From an uncultured Rhodospirillaceae bacterium (GTDB taxonomy: Bacteria > Pseudomonadota > Alphaproteobacteria > MPNO01 > UBA830): 64,000 nucleotides of DNA. Positions 8,564 to 18,047 of this stretch are shown piece after piece. The position numbers and the translations under genes were made by a program. The notes under the pieces are model-generated. The model had not been told where the DNA came from and ran no database searches. It saw nothing but the letters and a program-made list of their open reading frames with translations. Location of the stretch: NCBI GenBank assembly GCA_963974055.1, contig CAXBCP010000001.1:191471-255470 (forward strand), given 5' to 3'. The stretch's first letter is position 1. Every line of letters begins with the position of its first letter.

Positions 8564-10270
8564 ATGAACGATACGGTTTACGACTACGTCATTGTCGGCG
8601 GCGGCTCCGCCGGGTGCGTGCTGGCCGGACGGTTGAGCGCGCGGTCGTCCAACCGTGTTCTGCTGGTCGAGGCCGGCACCGACTACGCACCCGACAATCT
8701 GCCGGACCAGTTGCAGGACGGCTTTGCCGGTGTTGCCTATAACGACCTGCGGTTCATCTGGGACAAGCTGCGCGTCACGGTTCCGCCGCGCCCGGGCAAT
8801 GCGCCGGATGCCCGCCCTGACAAGCTTTACCAGCAGGGCCGGGTCATGGGCGGCGGCTCGTCGATCAACGGCATGATGGCCAATAGGGGCAGCCCGCAGG
8901 ATTACGACGAATGGGTGGAGCGCGGGGCCGCTGGCTGGTCGTGGGAGGACGTTCTGCCGTTTTTCCTGAAACTGGAATCCGACCGCGATTTCAGCGGCCC
9001 GTATCACGGCATGGACGGCCCCATCGGGATCCGACGCCTCTTTCCCGATGTCTGGCCCGGCTATACGAAGGCCATCATGACGGCAGCGGACGATGCCGGT
9101 TTCGCTTATCTCGAAGACATGAATGCGGATTTCGCCGACGGCTATTTTCCCATTTCCATCTCCAATATCGACGACAAGCGGGTATCGGCGAACGTCGCCT
9201 ACCTGACGATGGACGTCCGCGCCCGGCCCAATTTCGAAATCCTCGACCGGGCGGAGGTACAGCAGCTCGTCTTCGACGGCAGGAAGATTGCAGGCCTTCG
9301 CGTGAAACGGCCCGACGGTATTCGCACGATCCGCGCGAAAGAAGTCATCGTGTCGGGCGGTGCGACCCATTCGCCGGCGATCCTGATGCGGTCCGGCATC
9401 GGGCCGGCTGCGCAACTGTCCCATCTCGGTATCGATATCGTCGCCGATCGGCCCGGGGTCGGCCAGAACCTGATGGAACATCCGGGTGTTTCGATGGCGT
9501 CCTATATGAAACCCGCCGCCCGCCTGCCGCCGGGAATGCGCCGCCAGATGATCGCGGCGATGCGGTTTTCGTCCGGCGTCGAAGGTTGCGGCGACAATGA
9601 TATGTTTATCGTGCCGACGAACAAATCCGTCTGGCACGCGCTCGGCGACCGCATCGGCGCAGTAATGGTGTGGATCAACAAGTCCTATTCGACCGGCGAA
9701 GTGACTCTGAATTCGGCGGACCCGGGGGTTGAACCCCGTGTCGATTTCAACATGTGCTCGGACGAGCGCGACCTGGTGCGCCTGGTCAGGGCGACACGTC
9801 TGCTCGCAAAGCTGCATGAAAACCCCGCCGTGACCGCCGCCGTGCACGATGTCTTTCCCGCCGCCTATTCCGAGCGGGTGCGCAAGGTCGGGGAATTCAA
9901 CAATTCGAACCGGATCAAGACCTGGATTGCGGCGCAATTGATGGATCTCAGCGGGCCGGTGCGGCGCGGTTTCATCAACAACGTGATTCTCGAAGGGCCG
10001 ACACTTGCCGAACTATTGCAGGACGACGACACCATCGCCGACTGGATCCGGAAAACCGTCACCGGCCACTGGCATGCATCCTGCACCTGCCGCATGGGGG
10101 CGGCGGACGACCCGGGCGCGGTGACCGATCCTTCGGCGCAAGTTTACGGGGTCGACGGCCTGCGGGTCTGCGACACCTCGATTATGCCCTGCGTGCCGCG
10201 CGCCAATACCAATATCCCGACCATCATGATGGCGGAGAAGGTAGCGGACACGATCCTGGCGGGGAATTAA
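8564..10270 (+). CDS. GMC family oxidoreductase (choline dehydrogenase-like flavoprotein)
   Basis: The N-terminal FAD motif is DYVIVGGGSAGCVLAGRLS. GMC signatures follow: GGGSSINGMMANRG and a C-terminal TCRMG...VDGLRVCDTSIMP. Confidence 0.85.
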   Translation: MNDTVYDYVIVGGGSAGCVLAGRLSARSSNRVLLVEAGTDYAPDNLPDQLQDGFAGVAYNDLRFIWDKLRVTVPPRPGNAPDARPDKLYQQGRVMGGGSSINGMMANRGSPQDYDEWVERGAAGWSWEDVLPFFLKLESDRDFSGPYHGMDGPIGIRRLFPDVWPGYTKAIMTAADDAGFAYLEDMNADFADGYFPISISNIDDKRVSANVAYLTMDVRARPNFEILDRAEVQQLVFDGRKIAGLRVKRPDGIRTIRAKEVIVSGGATHSPAILMRSGIGPAAQLSHLGIDIVADRPGVGQNLMEHPGVSMASYMKPAARLPPGMRRQMIAAMRFSSGVEGCGDNDMFIVPTNKSVWHALGDRIGAVMVWINKSYSTGEVTLNSADPGVEPRVDFNMCSDERDLVRLVRATRLLAKLHENPAVTAAVHDVFPAAYSERVRKVGEFNNSNRIKTWIAAQLMDLSGPVRRGFINNVILEGPTLAELLQDDDTIADWIRKTVTGHWHASCTCRMGAADDPGAVTDPSAQVYGVDGLRVCDTSIMPCVPRANTNIPTIMMAEKVADTILAGN

Positions 10271-10665
10271 CCGCGCCGCGTCGACGCCGCAATCATTTCC
10301 ACTTCGACCAGCAGGTTGGGGGCGGCGAGTCCGGCGACCACCAGCAGGGTGGATGCCGGGCGGTTCTCGCCGAGAAATTCCTCGCGGATCGCGTTATAGG
10401 CGGGAATATTGGCCGGATCGGTGATGAAATGGTTGATCTTCACCACGTCGCTGATCCGCAGCCGGTTATGTTCCAGGATTGCGATGCAGTTGTTCCACGC
10501 GTTTCGCGCCTGGGTTTCGAAATCGTCGGGGATATTGCCGTCGAAATCCATGCCGATCTGGCCCGCGGTAAAGGTGATCTTGGCGTCCTCGGGAATTTCC
10601 ACGCCATGGGCGTAGGGGCCGCCCGGCAGGGGCATCTTTTCGGGGTAAAAGGCGCGGTTTTCCAT
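10267..10665 (-). CDS. RidA/YjgF/TdcF family reactive-intermediate deaminase-like protein
   Basis: 132 aa from MENRAFYPEK, with the characteristic PGGPYAHGVEI...FTAGQIG motifs. AAGGATG SD precedes ATG 10665. The ORF-track upstream extension is rejected. Confidence 0.8.
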   Translation of the reverse strand: MENRAFYPEKMPLPGGPYAHGVEIPEDAKITFTAGQIGMDFDGNIPDDFETQARNAWNNCIAILEHNRLRISDVVKINHFITDPANIPAYNAIREEFLGENRPASTLLVVAGLAAPNLLVEVEMIAASTRRG

Positions 10666-10842
10666 GAAAGCATCCTTCGTGTTTCGACCGGAATTCGGTC
10701 CCTCTTCTATAGAAAGCCAGGGCCGCCGCGGCAAGGGGTGTGTAAAGCGGGGTTTGCAATAGAGAGCGGAAAGACCCTAAAATGCGCGTTCTGAACGGAT
10801 TTCAGGCGTCCGGAGCGGACGCCTACATATGGGAGAAACTGG

Positions 10843-11910
10843 ATGTTTCTGAAAAATACATGGTACGTCTGTGCCCAGCCGGAGGAAGTCACCCGGACGC
10901 CGATGGCGCGTACGATCTGCAATGAAAACCTGGTTTTCTGGCGCAAGGAAGACGGCACGCCGATCGTGTTCGAAGACCGCTGCTGTCACCGCCGGATGCC
11001 GCTGTCGAAGGCCAATCTCGTCGGCGACCAGATGGAATGCTATTATCACGGCCTGCGCTTCGACGAGGACGGCAAATGCGTTCACGTGCCCGGTCAGACC
11101 ACGATTCCGCCGGGGGCTCAGGTCCAGAAATATCCGATCGTCGAAAAATACAACTGGATGTGGATCTGGATGGGCGATCCGGCCCTCGCAGACGAAGACC
11201 TGATCGTCCCGTTCCCGTGGAAAACCGCGGATGACTGGGGCGACAAGGGCACCTATTTCTATGTCAAAGCCGACTACAGGCTGGTTATCGACAACCTGCT
11301 CGACCTGTCGCATCTCGGTTTCGTGCACCGGTCCACCATCGGCAATGCCGCGGTCGCTGAAGCGGCCCGTATCCGGACGCTGAAGGACGACGATTCCGTC
11401 ACCGTGGCGCGCTGGACCGTGGGGCAGCCCCCCGCGCCGACCTATCAGAAAATGGGCGGCTGGACCGAGGACGATATCGTTGATCGCTGGCAGATCATCG
11501 AATTCCAGATGCCGGGTGCGGTGCGCCTGTTCACCGGGGCGGCACCCGGGGCGGCAGAAGGCAAGGAATTCGGCTTCACCCAGATCGACCGGGAGGTGCC
11601 GAAGGGCGGATTCGGGTTCCACAATCTCAACTTCGTGACTCCGGAAACCGAGAACACGACTCATTATTTCTGGTCCAATGCCTATAACATTCCCGGCAAG
11701 CCGGTCACCCCGGAAATGACGGAATTGCAGTACAAGCAGATTTTCACGGCGTTCCACCAGGACTGGGAAGTCTTCAACAAGCAGCAGGAAAACTGGGACG
11801 ACAAGCCGACCATCGATACCATCCAGGACGCCGGCGCCATCGCCGCGCGCGCCATGATCGACCGCAAGATCGCGGAAGAACAGGGCCAGATGGCGGTCGC
11901 TGCCGAATAA
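10843..11910 (+). CDS. Rieske [2Fe-2S] non-heme iron oxygenase alpha subunit (VanA / phthalate-dioxygenase-like)
   Basis: Rieske motif CCHRRMPLS...CYYHGLRF. The C-terminal catalytic domain has the NLLDLSHLGFVH iron-binding region. Size and order match the VanA-like class IA oxygenases. GGGAGAAAC SD. Confidence 0.8.
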   Translation: MFLKNTWYVCAQPEEVTRTPMARTICNENLVFWRKEDGTPIVFEDRCCHRRMPLSKANLVGDQMECYYHGLRFDEDGKCVHVPGQTTIPPGAQVQKYPIVEKYNWMWIWMGDPALADEDLIVPFPWKTADDWGDKGTYFYVKADYRLVIDNLLDLSHLGFVHRSTIGNAAVAEAARIRTLKDDDSVTVARWTVGQPPAPTYQKMGGWTEDDIVDRWQIIEFQMPGAVRLFTGAAPGAAEGKEFGFTQIDREVPKGGFGFHNLNFVTPETENTTHYFWSNAYNIPGKPVTPEMTELQYKQIFTAFHQDWEVFNKQQENWDDKPTIDTIQDAGAIAARAMIDRKIAEEQGQMAVAAE

Positions 11911-11962
11911 TTTCGATTTCGGCGAAATGACAACGGCGGGCCTGTTCGGGTCCGCCGTTTTT

Positions 11963-12898
11963 CTATTTCGCGTTCAAGATCCGCCGGTAGACCGGCACGG
12001 CCACCAGCGGCAGCAGGTAGATCGGGAACTGGCCGACCACGAAATAGACCAGCAGATCATAGGGCGCGCTTTCGCTCAGCGCTGCCATGACGAGCGCCGT
12101 ATTGGTATTGCCGGTAATCAGGCCGACCGTCACCGCGGCACGGCGGCCGATCCGCCAGAACAGCGCGGCGGCGCATATCTGCAAAGCGATGTTGGTGGCG
12201 AAGGTCGTCGCCGTTACCAGGACCGTATAGGCCGGCTTGGACGCTGCGAAGTCCGGCAGGCCCGACATCAGCGACACCGCCACGCCCACCATGCCGAACA
12301 CCATGATACCGTCCATGCGCGGGGCCTGGGTTTTCAGGAATTCCGCGCTCAGAAAACGCCGCGCGACGAAGGCGATCAGAAAACTGGCCCCGACGATCCG
12401 CCCGAGCCGCCACATCAGTTCGAAAACGGTAACGTCAAGCTCGATGCCCAGCAGCCACAGGGCGAGCGGCGGCAGTGTGAACGGCACCAGCGCATAGGAT
12501 GCGACCGTAACGATCAGCGCCAGTGCCGCATCAAGCCCGAACAATATGCACAACGAAGCGCCCGACATGATCGGTGTCGCCAGGGCGTGAAATACGATCC
12601 CGGCCCCGATCGGCCCGTCGATTCCCGCCGCCCTTGTAAAACCCCACAGAATCAGCGGTGCCACGCCCATCGAAAAGACGAATATCGCGGCGAGCAATGC
12701 CGGGCGGCGGAGATAGTGGCGGAGCGCCGCAGGCTCGATCCGCATCATGGATAGTGACAGGTTCATCACGATCAGGACTTCGAGCCACGGCGCGAAAAAA
12801 TCCGCCAGCGGCTGCCAGGCTATCCCGGCAAAGACACCGCCCGCCAGCACCCAGGTCGTGCGCCGGGCGACGAGTTCGAGGCCCCGGGAAATCATCAT
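11963..12898 (-). CDS. BASS / SBF-like (bile acid:sodium symporter superfamily) membrane transporter, paralog A
   Basis: 312 aa from MMISRGLELVARR, about 10 TM. Motif GLITGNTNTALV. Family assignment rests on size and topology and is tentative. Its ATG overlaps the stop of paralog B (ATGA). Confidence 0.5.
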   Translation of the reverse strand: MMISRGLELVARRTTWVLAGGVFAGIAWQPLADFFAPWLEVLIVMNLSLSMMRIEPAALRHYLRRPALLAAIFVFSMGVAPLILWGFTRAAGIDGPIGAGIVFHALATPIMSGASLCILFGLDAALALIVTVASYALVPFTLPPLALWLLGIELDVTVFELMWRLGRIVGASFLIAFVARRFLSAEFLKTQAPRMDGIMVFGMVGVAVSLMSGLPDFAASKPAYTVLVTATTFATNIALQICAAALFWRIGRRAAVTVGLITGNTNTALVMAALSESAPYDLLVYFVVGQFPIYLLPLVAVPVYRRILNAK

Positions 12899-13827
12899 GT
12901 CCGCATCAGCCGGCGATAGACCGGCAGGGCGACCACCGGCAGGAAATACATCGGGACCTGCCCAAGAACGAAACAGAGCAGCAATTCCGGGGGTGCGGTA
13001 TCGGCAAGCGTCACCAGGACCAGGCCGAGATTGGTATTGCCGGTGATCAGGCCCACCGTCAGCGCTTCGCGGCGGCCCATCCGAAGGAACAGCAGCGCGC
13101 CGAATATCTGAAGGCCGATATTCAGGGCGAACGTGGCGGCCAGCGTCAGCAGCACGTAGTGTGGCCGCTCGATCGCGAAGGCCTGCAATCCGTCGACGAT
13201 ACCAAGACAAAAAACCACCACGAACAGGACGCCGAGTCCGTCGATCGCGCGGCCGTTGCGGACCAGTGTGGCGCGGGGGACCAGCCATATCCGGATTGCG
13301 ACGGCAAGTCCTGCGGCGATCGCGATGGTCGAAAACAGGCGGATAAACAGATCGAAAAACCCGACATTGAGGTCGAGGCCGAGCAGCCAGAGCGCCAGCG
13401 CCGGCAGGGTCAGCGGCACGAGGGCATAGCTGACCACCAGCACGGCGACGCCCAGTGCCGCATCAAGCCCCAGGATCGCCGCAATGGCGATGGCCGAACT
13501 GACCATGGGAGCGGCCGCAATCAGAATAAGCCCCTGTTCGAGGCCCGGGGGCAGGCCCAATGGGGTGACGACCAGCCAGGCGAATACCGGTGCGGCGACG
13601 ATATTGACGACGGTGATGGCGGCGATGAGCACGGGGCGCCGGGCGTAGCGGCGCAGGCGTTCGGTATCGAGCTGCACCATCGCAACCGCCAGGATGACCA
13701 CGATCGCATAGAGTATCCACGGCCGGAAGAATGCGGCGACCGGCTGGAAGATCACGCCGGCGACAAGCGCGCCTGCCATCAGCCAGGTGGCGCGGGTCGC
13801 AACGCCTTCGAGCGCGGTTCGGATCAA
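12895..13827 (-). CDS. BASS / SBF-like membrane transporter, paralog B (tandem duplicate)
   Basis: 310 aa, collinear with paralog A (GLITGNTNLGLV; LLPVVALPVYRRL versus LLPLVAVPVYRRI). TTG start at 13825-13827. Confidence 0.5.
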   Translation of the reverse strand: MIRTALEGVATRATWLMAGALVAGVIFQPVAAFFRPWILYAIVVILAVAMVQLDTERLRRYARRPVLIAAITVVNIVAAPVFAWLVVTPLGLPPGLEQGLILIAAAPMVSSAIAIAAILGLDAALGVAVLVVSYALVPLTLPALALWLLGLDLNVGFFDLFIRLFSTIAIAAGLAVAIRIWLVPRATLVRNGRAIDGLGVLFVVVFCLGIVDGLQAFAIERPHYVLLTLAATFALNIGLQIFGALLFLRMGRREALTVGLITGNTNLGLVLVTLADTAPPELLLCFVLGQVPMYFLPVVALPVYRRLMRT

Positions 13828-14303
13828 TATTGCGTGCCGTCCATACGCCGGAACGACCGTGCGCCGTCCGGTTTTTTTTCCAGCACCATGTCGTTGTCAG
13901 GGTAATGAACCTCTTCAGCTGGCGACCGGGTGCCGACCTCGATAAACCGGACAACGGTGTCAGACCTGTTTTCCAGAACGTGTGCATTTTCCGCTCCGGC
14001 GGGAAAACAGGCGCACATGCCGGGCGCCAGCACCTGTTCGCCCGTCTCGGTCACCAGCGTTGGCGTGCCGTCGGTGATGTAGATGAATTCGTCTTCCGCA
14101 CTATGCCAGTGGCGCAGCGCCGAAACCGCGCCCGGGGCCAGTTCCGTCAGGTTTACCCCGAACTGGGTCAGGCCGTTCGCATCGCCCAGCGCCCGGCGCG
14201 ATTTCCCGTTTAGCGCCGTGTCGTAAGGCGCGGGATATGGATTGCGGACTTCTGCGGGCAGGGTCAGGGGGTCGAATGCTGCGGTAACTTTTGCAGTGGG
14301 CAT
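13824..14303 (-). CDS. cupin domain protein
   Basis: 159 aa. It has a single cupin barrel with the conserved HWHSAEDEFIYITDG...L.PG motif. AGAGGAAC SD before ATG 14303. Confidence 0.65.
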   Translation of the reverse strand: MPTAKVTAAFDPLTLPAEVRNPYPAPYDTALNGKSRRALGDANGLTQFGVNLTELAPGAVSALRHWHSAEDEFIYITDGTPTLVTETGEQVLAPGMCACFPAGAENAHVLENRSDTVVRFIEVGTRSPAEEVHYPDNDMVLEKKPDGARSFRRMDGTQY

Positions 14304-14442
14304 GGCAGGTTCCTCTGATCAGATCGCAATTCGTCCGAACCGGTCGGACCGTTTTCTTCGCTTCTTTTCGGCGCCTCTCTTGGCGCATATTCGGCAAATC
14401 ATGTCATAATCACGCTGACGGCGCTATTGAACGGGGAGAGAT

Positions 14443-15021
14443 ATGTCCGGTACTTCGATCAGAAAAATTGTCACCATCGTTCAGGAAACCCGAACCGAGA
14501 TCGGGCAGAAGGTCGATCCGCCGACACGGCAATGCGCCGCGGTCGCCGTCATCAGGAATCCCTATGCCGGGCGCTATTCCGAGAAACTGCCCGAACTTGA
14601 AGCCGCCGGCGCCGAACTGGGCGACGAACTGGGGCGCCGTGCGATGGCGGCCCTCGGCATCGGTGCCGAGCAGGTTCAGAGTTTCGGCAAGGCGGCGATC
14701 GTCGGCGAAGACGGCGAAAAGGAACACGCCGCCGCCTGCATGCATCCGACCATGGGCAAGCCGCTGCGCGCTGCGGTGGGACCGGCACCATCGATCATCC
14801 CGTCCGCGAAGAAGGTCGGCGGCCCGGGAACTACCATCGATTGTCCGCTTCATCACAAGGAAGACGTCTGGACGTTTTCCCATTTCGACGCGATGGAAGT
14901 GTCGCTGGCGGATGCGCCCCGTGCCGATGAAATCGTGGTGATTGTCGCGATCACCGATTCCGGCCGACCGCTTCACCGCGTCGGCGAAGATAAGAGTTCT
15001 GCGGACGTGATGTCGGACTAG
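14443..15021 (+). CDS. 'amino acid synthesis' family protein (DUF1185)
   Basis: 192 aa. The RNPYAGRYSE...AIVGEDGE...HPTMGKP pattern matches the small alphaproteobacterial Amino_acid_synthesis / DUF1185 family. GGGGAGAG SD. Confidence 0.55.
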   Translation: MSGTSIRKIVTIVQETRTEIGQKVDPPTRQCAAVAVIRNPYAGRYSEKLPELEAAGAELGDELGRRAMAALGIGAEQVQSFGKAAIVGEDGEKEHAAACMHPTMGKPLRAAVGPAPSIIPSAKKVGGPGTTIDCPLHHKEDVWTFSHFDAMEVSLADAPRADEIVVIVAITDSGRPLHRVGEDKSSADVMSD

Positions 15022-15377
15022 CCCTTTATTTCGACGATCCGCTCGGGCGACGAATGTACGCCATAGGTGACCAGCGGGGCGTCGCCGGTGACGCGAAACC
15101 CGTGGGCGGTATTCGGCGGAAACACCATCGTCATGCCGGGGCCGATTTCGATATCGTCGGCTTCGCCGTCGATCCAGGCTTTGCCCGTGCCTTCGAGAAC
15201 GGTGACGATTTCGACATAGGGATGGGCATGGTTCGGCGTGGCGTAACCGGGTGGCGAGGTCTGAATGCCGCAGCGCACCGGCGTCGATCCGGCATCGTCG
15301 CCGACCAGTGTCTGGTAGGTTGCGCCGCCGGGAAATTCCTCCCTGTCGATCGCATCGTGACGGATAACGCTATTCAC
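15018..15377 (-). CDS. cupin domain protein
   Basis: 119 aa with a single cupin: G.P.HAHPYVEIVTVLEGTG ... G....FPPNTAHGF. Confidence 0.7.
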   Translation of the reverse strand: MNSVIRHDAIDREEFPGGATYQTLVGDDAGSTPVRCGIQTSPPGYATPNHAHPYVEIVTVLEGTGKAWIDGEADDIEIGPGMTMVFPPNTAHGFRVTGDAPLVTYGVHSSPERIVEIKG

Positions 15378-16057
15378 ACCGGTACCTCAATGCCGCCAGA
15401 ACGGACATACAGGATAGCACCTTTTTCGGATGTGATCTTGTGGGACGATCCCGGCGGGGAACGGACCCAGGTGCCGGCTGGGTACGTGCCGCACGTGTCC
15501 GAGAATTCCCCGTCGATGACGAAGACCTCTTCGCCGCCGGGATGACTGTGGTGGGGGCTTTCCGCCCCTGGGGCGAGCTTCAGCAGCACGGTCCATTCGC
15601 GGTAGCCGCCCTGCCGGTAAAGCGGTTTGTGCCAGACGCCGTTGTCATTGCGCGCCTGCCAGTCAAGAACACCGGTGTTCATTTCTACCTGTGTGCGCCC
15701 TTCACCCTTGTACTGGCGCAGTTTGACGAACAACGTGCAGCCGTCTTTTGAAAAAGGGGCATGGGACGTGCCGTCCGGGTTCAGCAGATACGTTCCCGCC
15801 GGATAGTCGCCGTGCTCGTCCGAAAACACGCCGTCGAGAACGAATATTTCCTCGCCGTCCGGATGTTGATGGGTCGGAAATGCACTGCCCGCATCGTAGC
15901 GTACGAGCGATGTGACAACCCCCGCTTCCGCCGGGCCGTCGCGGTAGAACCGCTTGCGCCATACCGTCGGGGACGGACTTGGCTGCCAGTCCATGTCGGC
16001 GGCCCGCATAACGACGCGGGTCGACATATCGGCATTCAGGTTTTGGTCGCCGCTCAT
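15374..16057 (-). CDS. bicupin protein (ChrR-like anti-sigma C-terminal cupin type)
   Basis: 227 aa with two repeated cupin units (FPTHQHPDGEEIFVLDG... and SPHHSHPGGEEVFVIDG...). Overlaps the downstream cupin by 4 nt. Confidence 0.65.
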   Translation of the reverse strand: MSGDQNLNADMSTRVVMRAADMDWQPSPSPTVWRKRFYRDGPAEAGVVTSLVRYDAGSAFPTHQHPDGEEIFVLDGVFSDEHGDYPAGTYLLNPDGTSHAPFSKDGCTLFVKLRQYKGEGRTQVEMNTGVLDWQARNDNGVWHKPLYRQGGYREWTVLLKLAPGAESPHHSHPGGEEVFVIDGEFSDTCGTYPAGTWVRSPPGSSHKITSEKGAILYVRSGGIEVPV

Positions 16058-16115
16058 CCGTGACCGTTCATCCGGGGGAAATGGTTTTCCGGTGCGGATG
16101 CGTCACTCCCGGTCC

Positions 16116-18005
16116 CTATTCCGCGGGTGCGACGTCGATCTGTTTGACGCTCCGGGTCACAAGATAGACGATTACCAGGCCTGCCGCTGCAACCACAAGC
16201 GTCAGCGGCGATTCATGGCCGAGCCAGATTGTCGACGACCCGACCGTGAGACAGGCGGCGTACATGCCGATCGACGACAGCCAGCCGGCGAAATTGCCCG
16301 ACCCGAGCACTGTCACCGTATGGGCGAGCAGCATGCCCGCCGACATGCAGGTCGCGATAACGTAGACGATGGCGACTGTCGTTCCTTCCAGCAGCAGGGC
16401 GGGGTTAAAGGCCCACAGATAGGGCAGCAGATACGCGGTTGCGGCAAGCTGAACGCCGACGAAGCCGGTTTTCCACATATCGGCGCCGGCCATCTCGGCG
16501 GCGACCATCGACGCGATGGCGACGGGCGGCGTGAGCATGCTTATCAGGCCGAAGTAGAACAGGAAGAGATGCGCGCCGATGGGCACCAGCCCCATTTTGA
16601 TCAGCGCGGGTCCGATCACCGACACGAGCACGATGTATACCGTCGCCGTCGGCATGCCCATGCCGAGAACGATGCAGATGAGCGACGTCATCAGCAGCAT
16701 CACCATGATGCCGTATTCCTCGCCGAGATGCGCCAGGATCAGGCTGAGCTGGAACGCGAGACCGGTGGAATTCATCACGCCGAGAATGATCCCGGCGGCG
16801 CCGCCGATCAGGATTAGCGGAATGAGAATTTCGCCGCTGCCGAGGAAGAAATTTCTCCAGTGTTCCATCGTGGGCAGACGCCGGTCGCGCACCGTCATCA
16901 GCACGACCATGCTGGCGGCGGAATACAATGCCGCAACGCCCGGCGGATAGCCGAGCCAGAACAGGAAATACATCAGGATGATGATCGGGATAATGAATAT
17001 CCAGCCGACCTTGAGCACGTCGATTATGATCGGCAACTCGGCCTTGGGCAGTCCGCGCAGCCGGAACCGGCGGGCGACCGCATCGACCTGCATGAAAAGG
17101 ACGAGGAAATAGAGGGCCGCCGGCACGGCCGCCGCGATAACGACATCCTGATAGGGAATTTCAAGGAACTCGGCGATGATGAATGCCGTCGCCCCCATTA
17201 CCGGCGGCGCAATCTGGCCGCCATTGGACGCGACCGCTTCGATCGCCCCGGCATATTCCGGTTTGAACCCGGTTTTTTTCATAAGCGGGATCGTCACAAT
17301 ACCGGTCGACATGATGTTGCCGACTGTCGAGCCCGAGATCGTGCCGAACGCGCTGGATGCGATGACCGCAACCTTGGCCGGTCCGCCGCGGCGATGGCCC
17401 ATCCAGCCCATGGCAAGATCGGTGAGGAAGGCGGTACCGCCGCTGACTTCCATCAGCTTGCCGAACAGGATGAAAGCGAGAACCAGGTTGACGATGACCT
17501 GCAGGACGAGGCCGGGAACGCCGTTATTATCCTGGTAGAAATAGGTGATTGTCTTGGTCGGCGGGAAAATCGACGCCTCAAGGGCGCCGGGGAGAATATC
17601 GCCGAAAAACGCATAGAGGATCAGAACCCAGACAAGGCTGGAGATAATTCGTCCGGCCGACTTGCGCAGGCCCTCCATCATTAACACCAGCGCGATAACA
17701 CCGGGTACCCATTTGTCGGGGGTGCGCAAATGCGCGGTGACGATCCAGTCCTCGAAATTGTAGGCCATCCAGAACCAGGACAGGAATGCGGCGAGGGCCA
17801 GAAGACATTCCAGCAATCCCGGTTTTTCGAAATAGGGGTAACGGAGAAGCGCGCCCGCACACGCGATTCCGAGAATAACGCCGACGACCTGCTGGAAGGT
17901 CAGGGCGATGCCAAAATAGTCGGTGAGTGCCAGAATCCAGGCAATCCCGAGTATCGGCATTGAGGCGAGGCAGACACGCAGGAGTATCCCGCTAAATCTT
18001 TCCAT
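16116..18005 (-). CDS. TRAP transporter fused permease subunit (TAXI-type, DctQ/DctM fusion)
   Basis: 629 aa with more than 16 TM. A small N-terminal DctQ-like region is fused to a DctM-like 12-TM domain. It lies immediately downstream of a TAXI solute-binding protein. Confidence 0.8.
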   Translation of the reverse strand: MERFSGILLRVCLASMPILGIAWILALTDYFGIALTFQQVVGVILGIACAGALLRYPYFEKPGLLECLLALAAFLSWFWMAYNFEDWIVTAHLRTPDKWVPGVIALVLMMEGLRKSAGRIISSLVWVLILYAFFGDILPGALEASIFPPTKTITYFYQDNNGVPGLVLQVIVNLVLAFILFGKLMEVSGGTAFLTDLAMGWMGHRRGGPAKVAVIASSAFGTISGSTVGNIMSTGIVTIPLMKKTGFKPEYAGAIEAVASNGGQIAPPVMGATAFIIAEFLEIPYQDVVIAAAVPAALYFLVLFMQVDAVARRFRLRGLPKAELPIIIDVLKVGWIFIIPIIILMYFLFWLGYPPGVAALYSAASMVVLMTVRDRRLPTMEHWRNFFLGSGEILIPLILIGGAAGIILGVMNSTGLAFQLSLILAHLGEEYGIMVMLLMTSLICIVLGMGMPTATVYIVLVSVIGPALIKMGLVPIGAHLFLFYFGLISMLTPPVAIASMVAAEMAGADMWKTGFVGVQLAATAYLLPYLWAFNPALLLEGTTVAIVYVIATCMSAGMLLAHTVTVLGSGNFAGWLSSIGMYAACLTVGSSTIWLGHESPLTLVVAAAGLVIVYLVTRSVKQIDVAPAE

Positions 18006-18047
18006 CGGTTCTACTCCTGCGTGTCAATCGTAATGCTGCGACCTTGC

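Noticed and set aside
8546-9937. 463-aa minus-strand ORF antisense to the GMC oxidoreductase
   Set aside because: The sense-strand product has unmistakable FAD/GMC motifs. The antisense translation is His/Arg/Gly-rich with no recognisable features.
11927-13905. Two long plus-strand ORFs (275 and 415 aa) overlapping the tandem BASS-like transporter genes
   Set aside because: They are extremely Arg/Gln/Asp/His-rich (RQ and GD repeats). They are antisense to two collinear paralogous membrane proteins whose mutual similarity validates the minus-strand frames.
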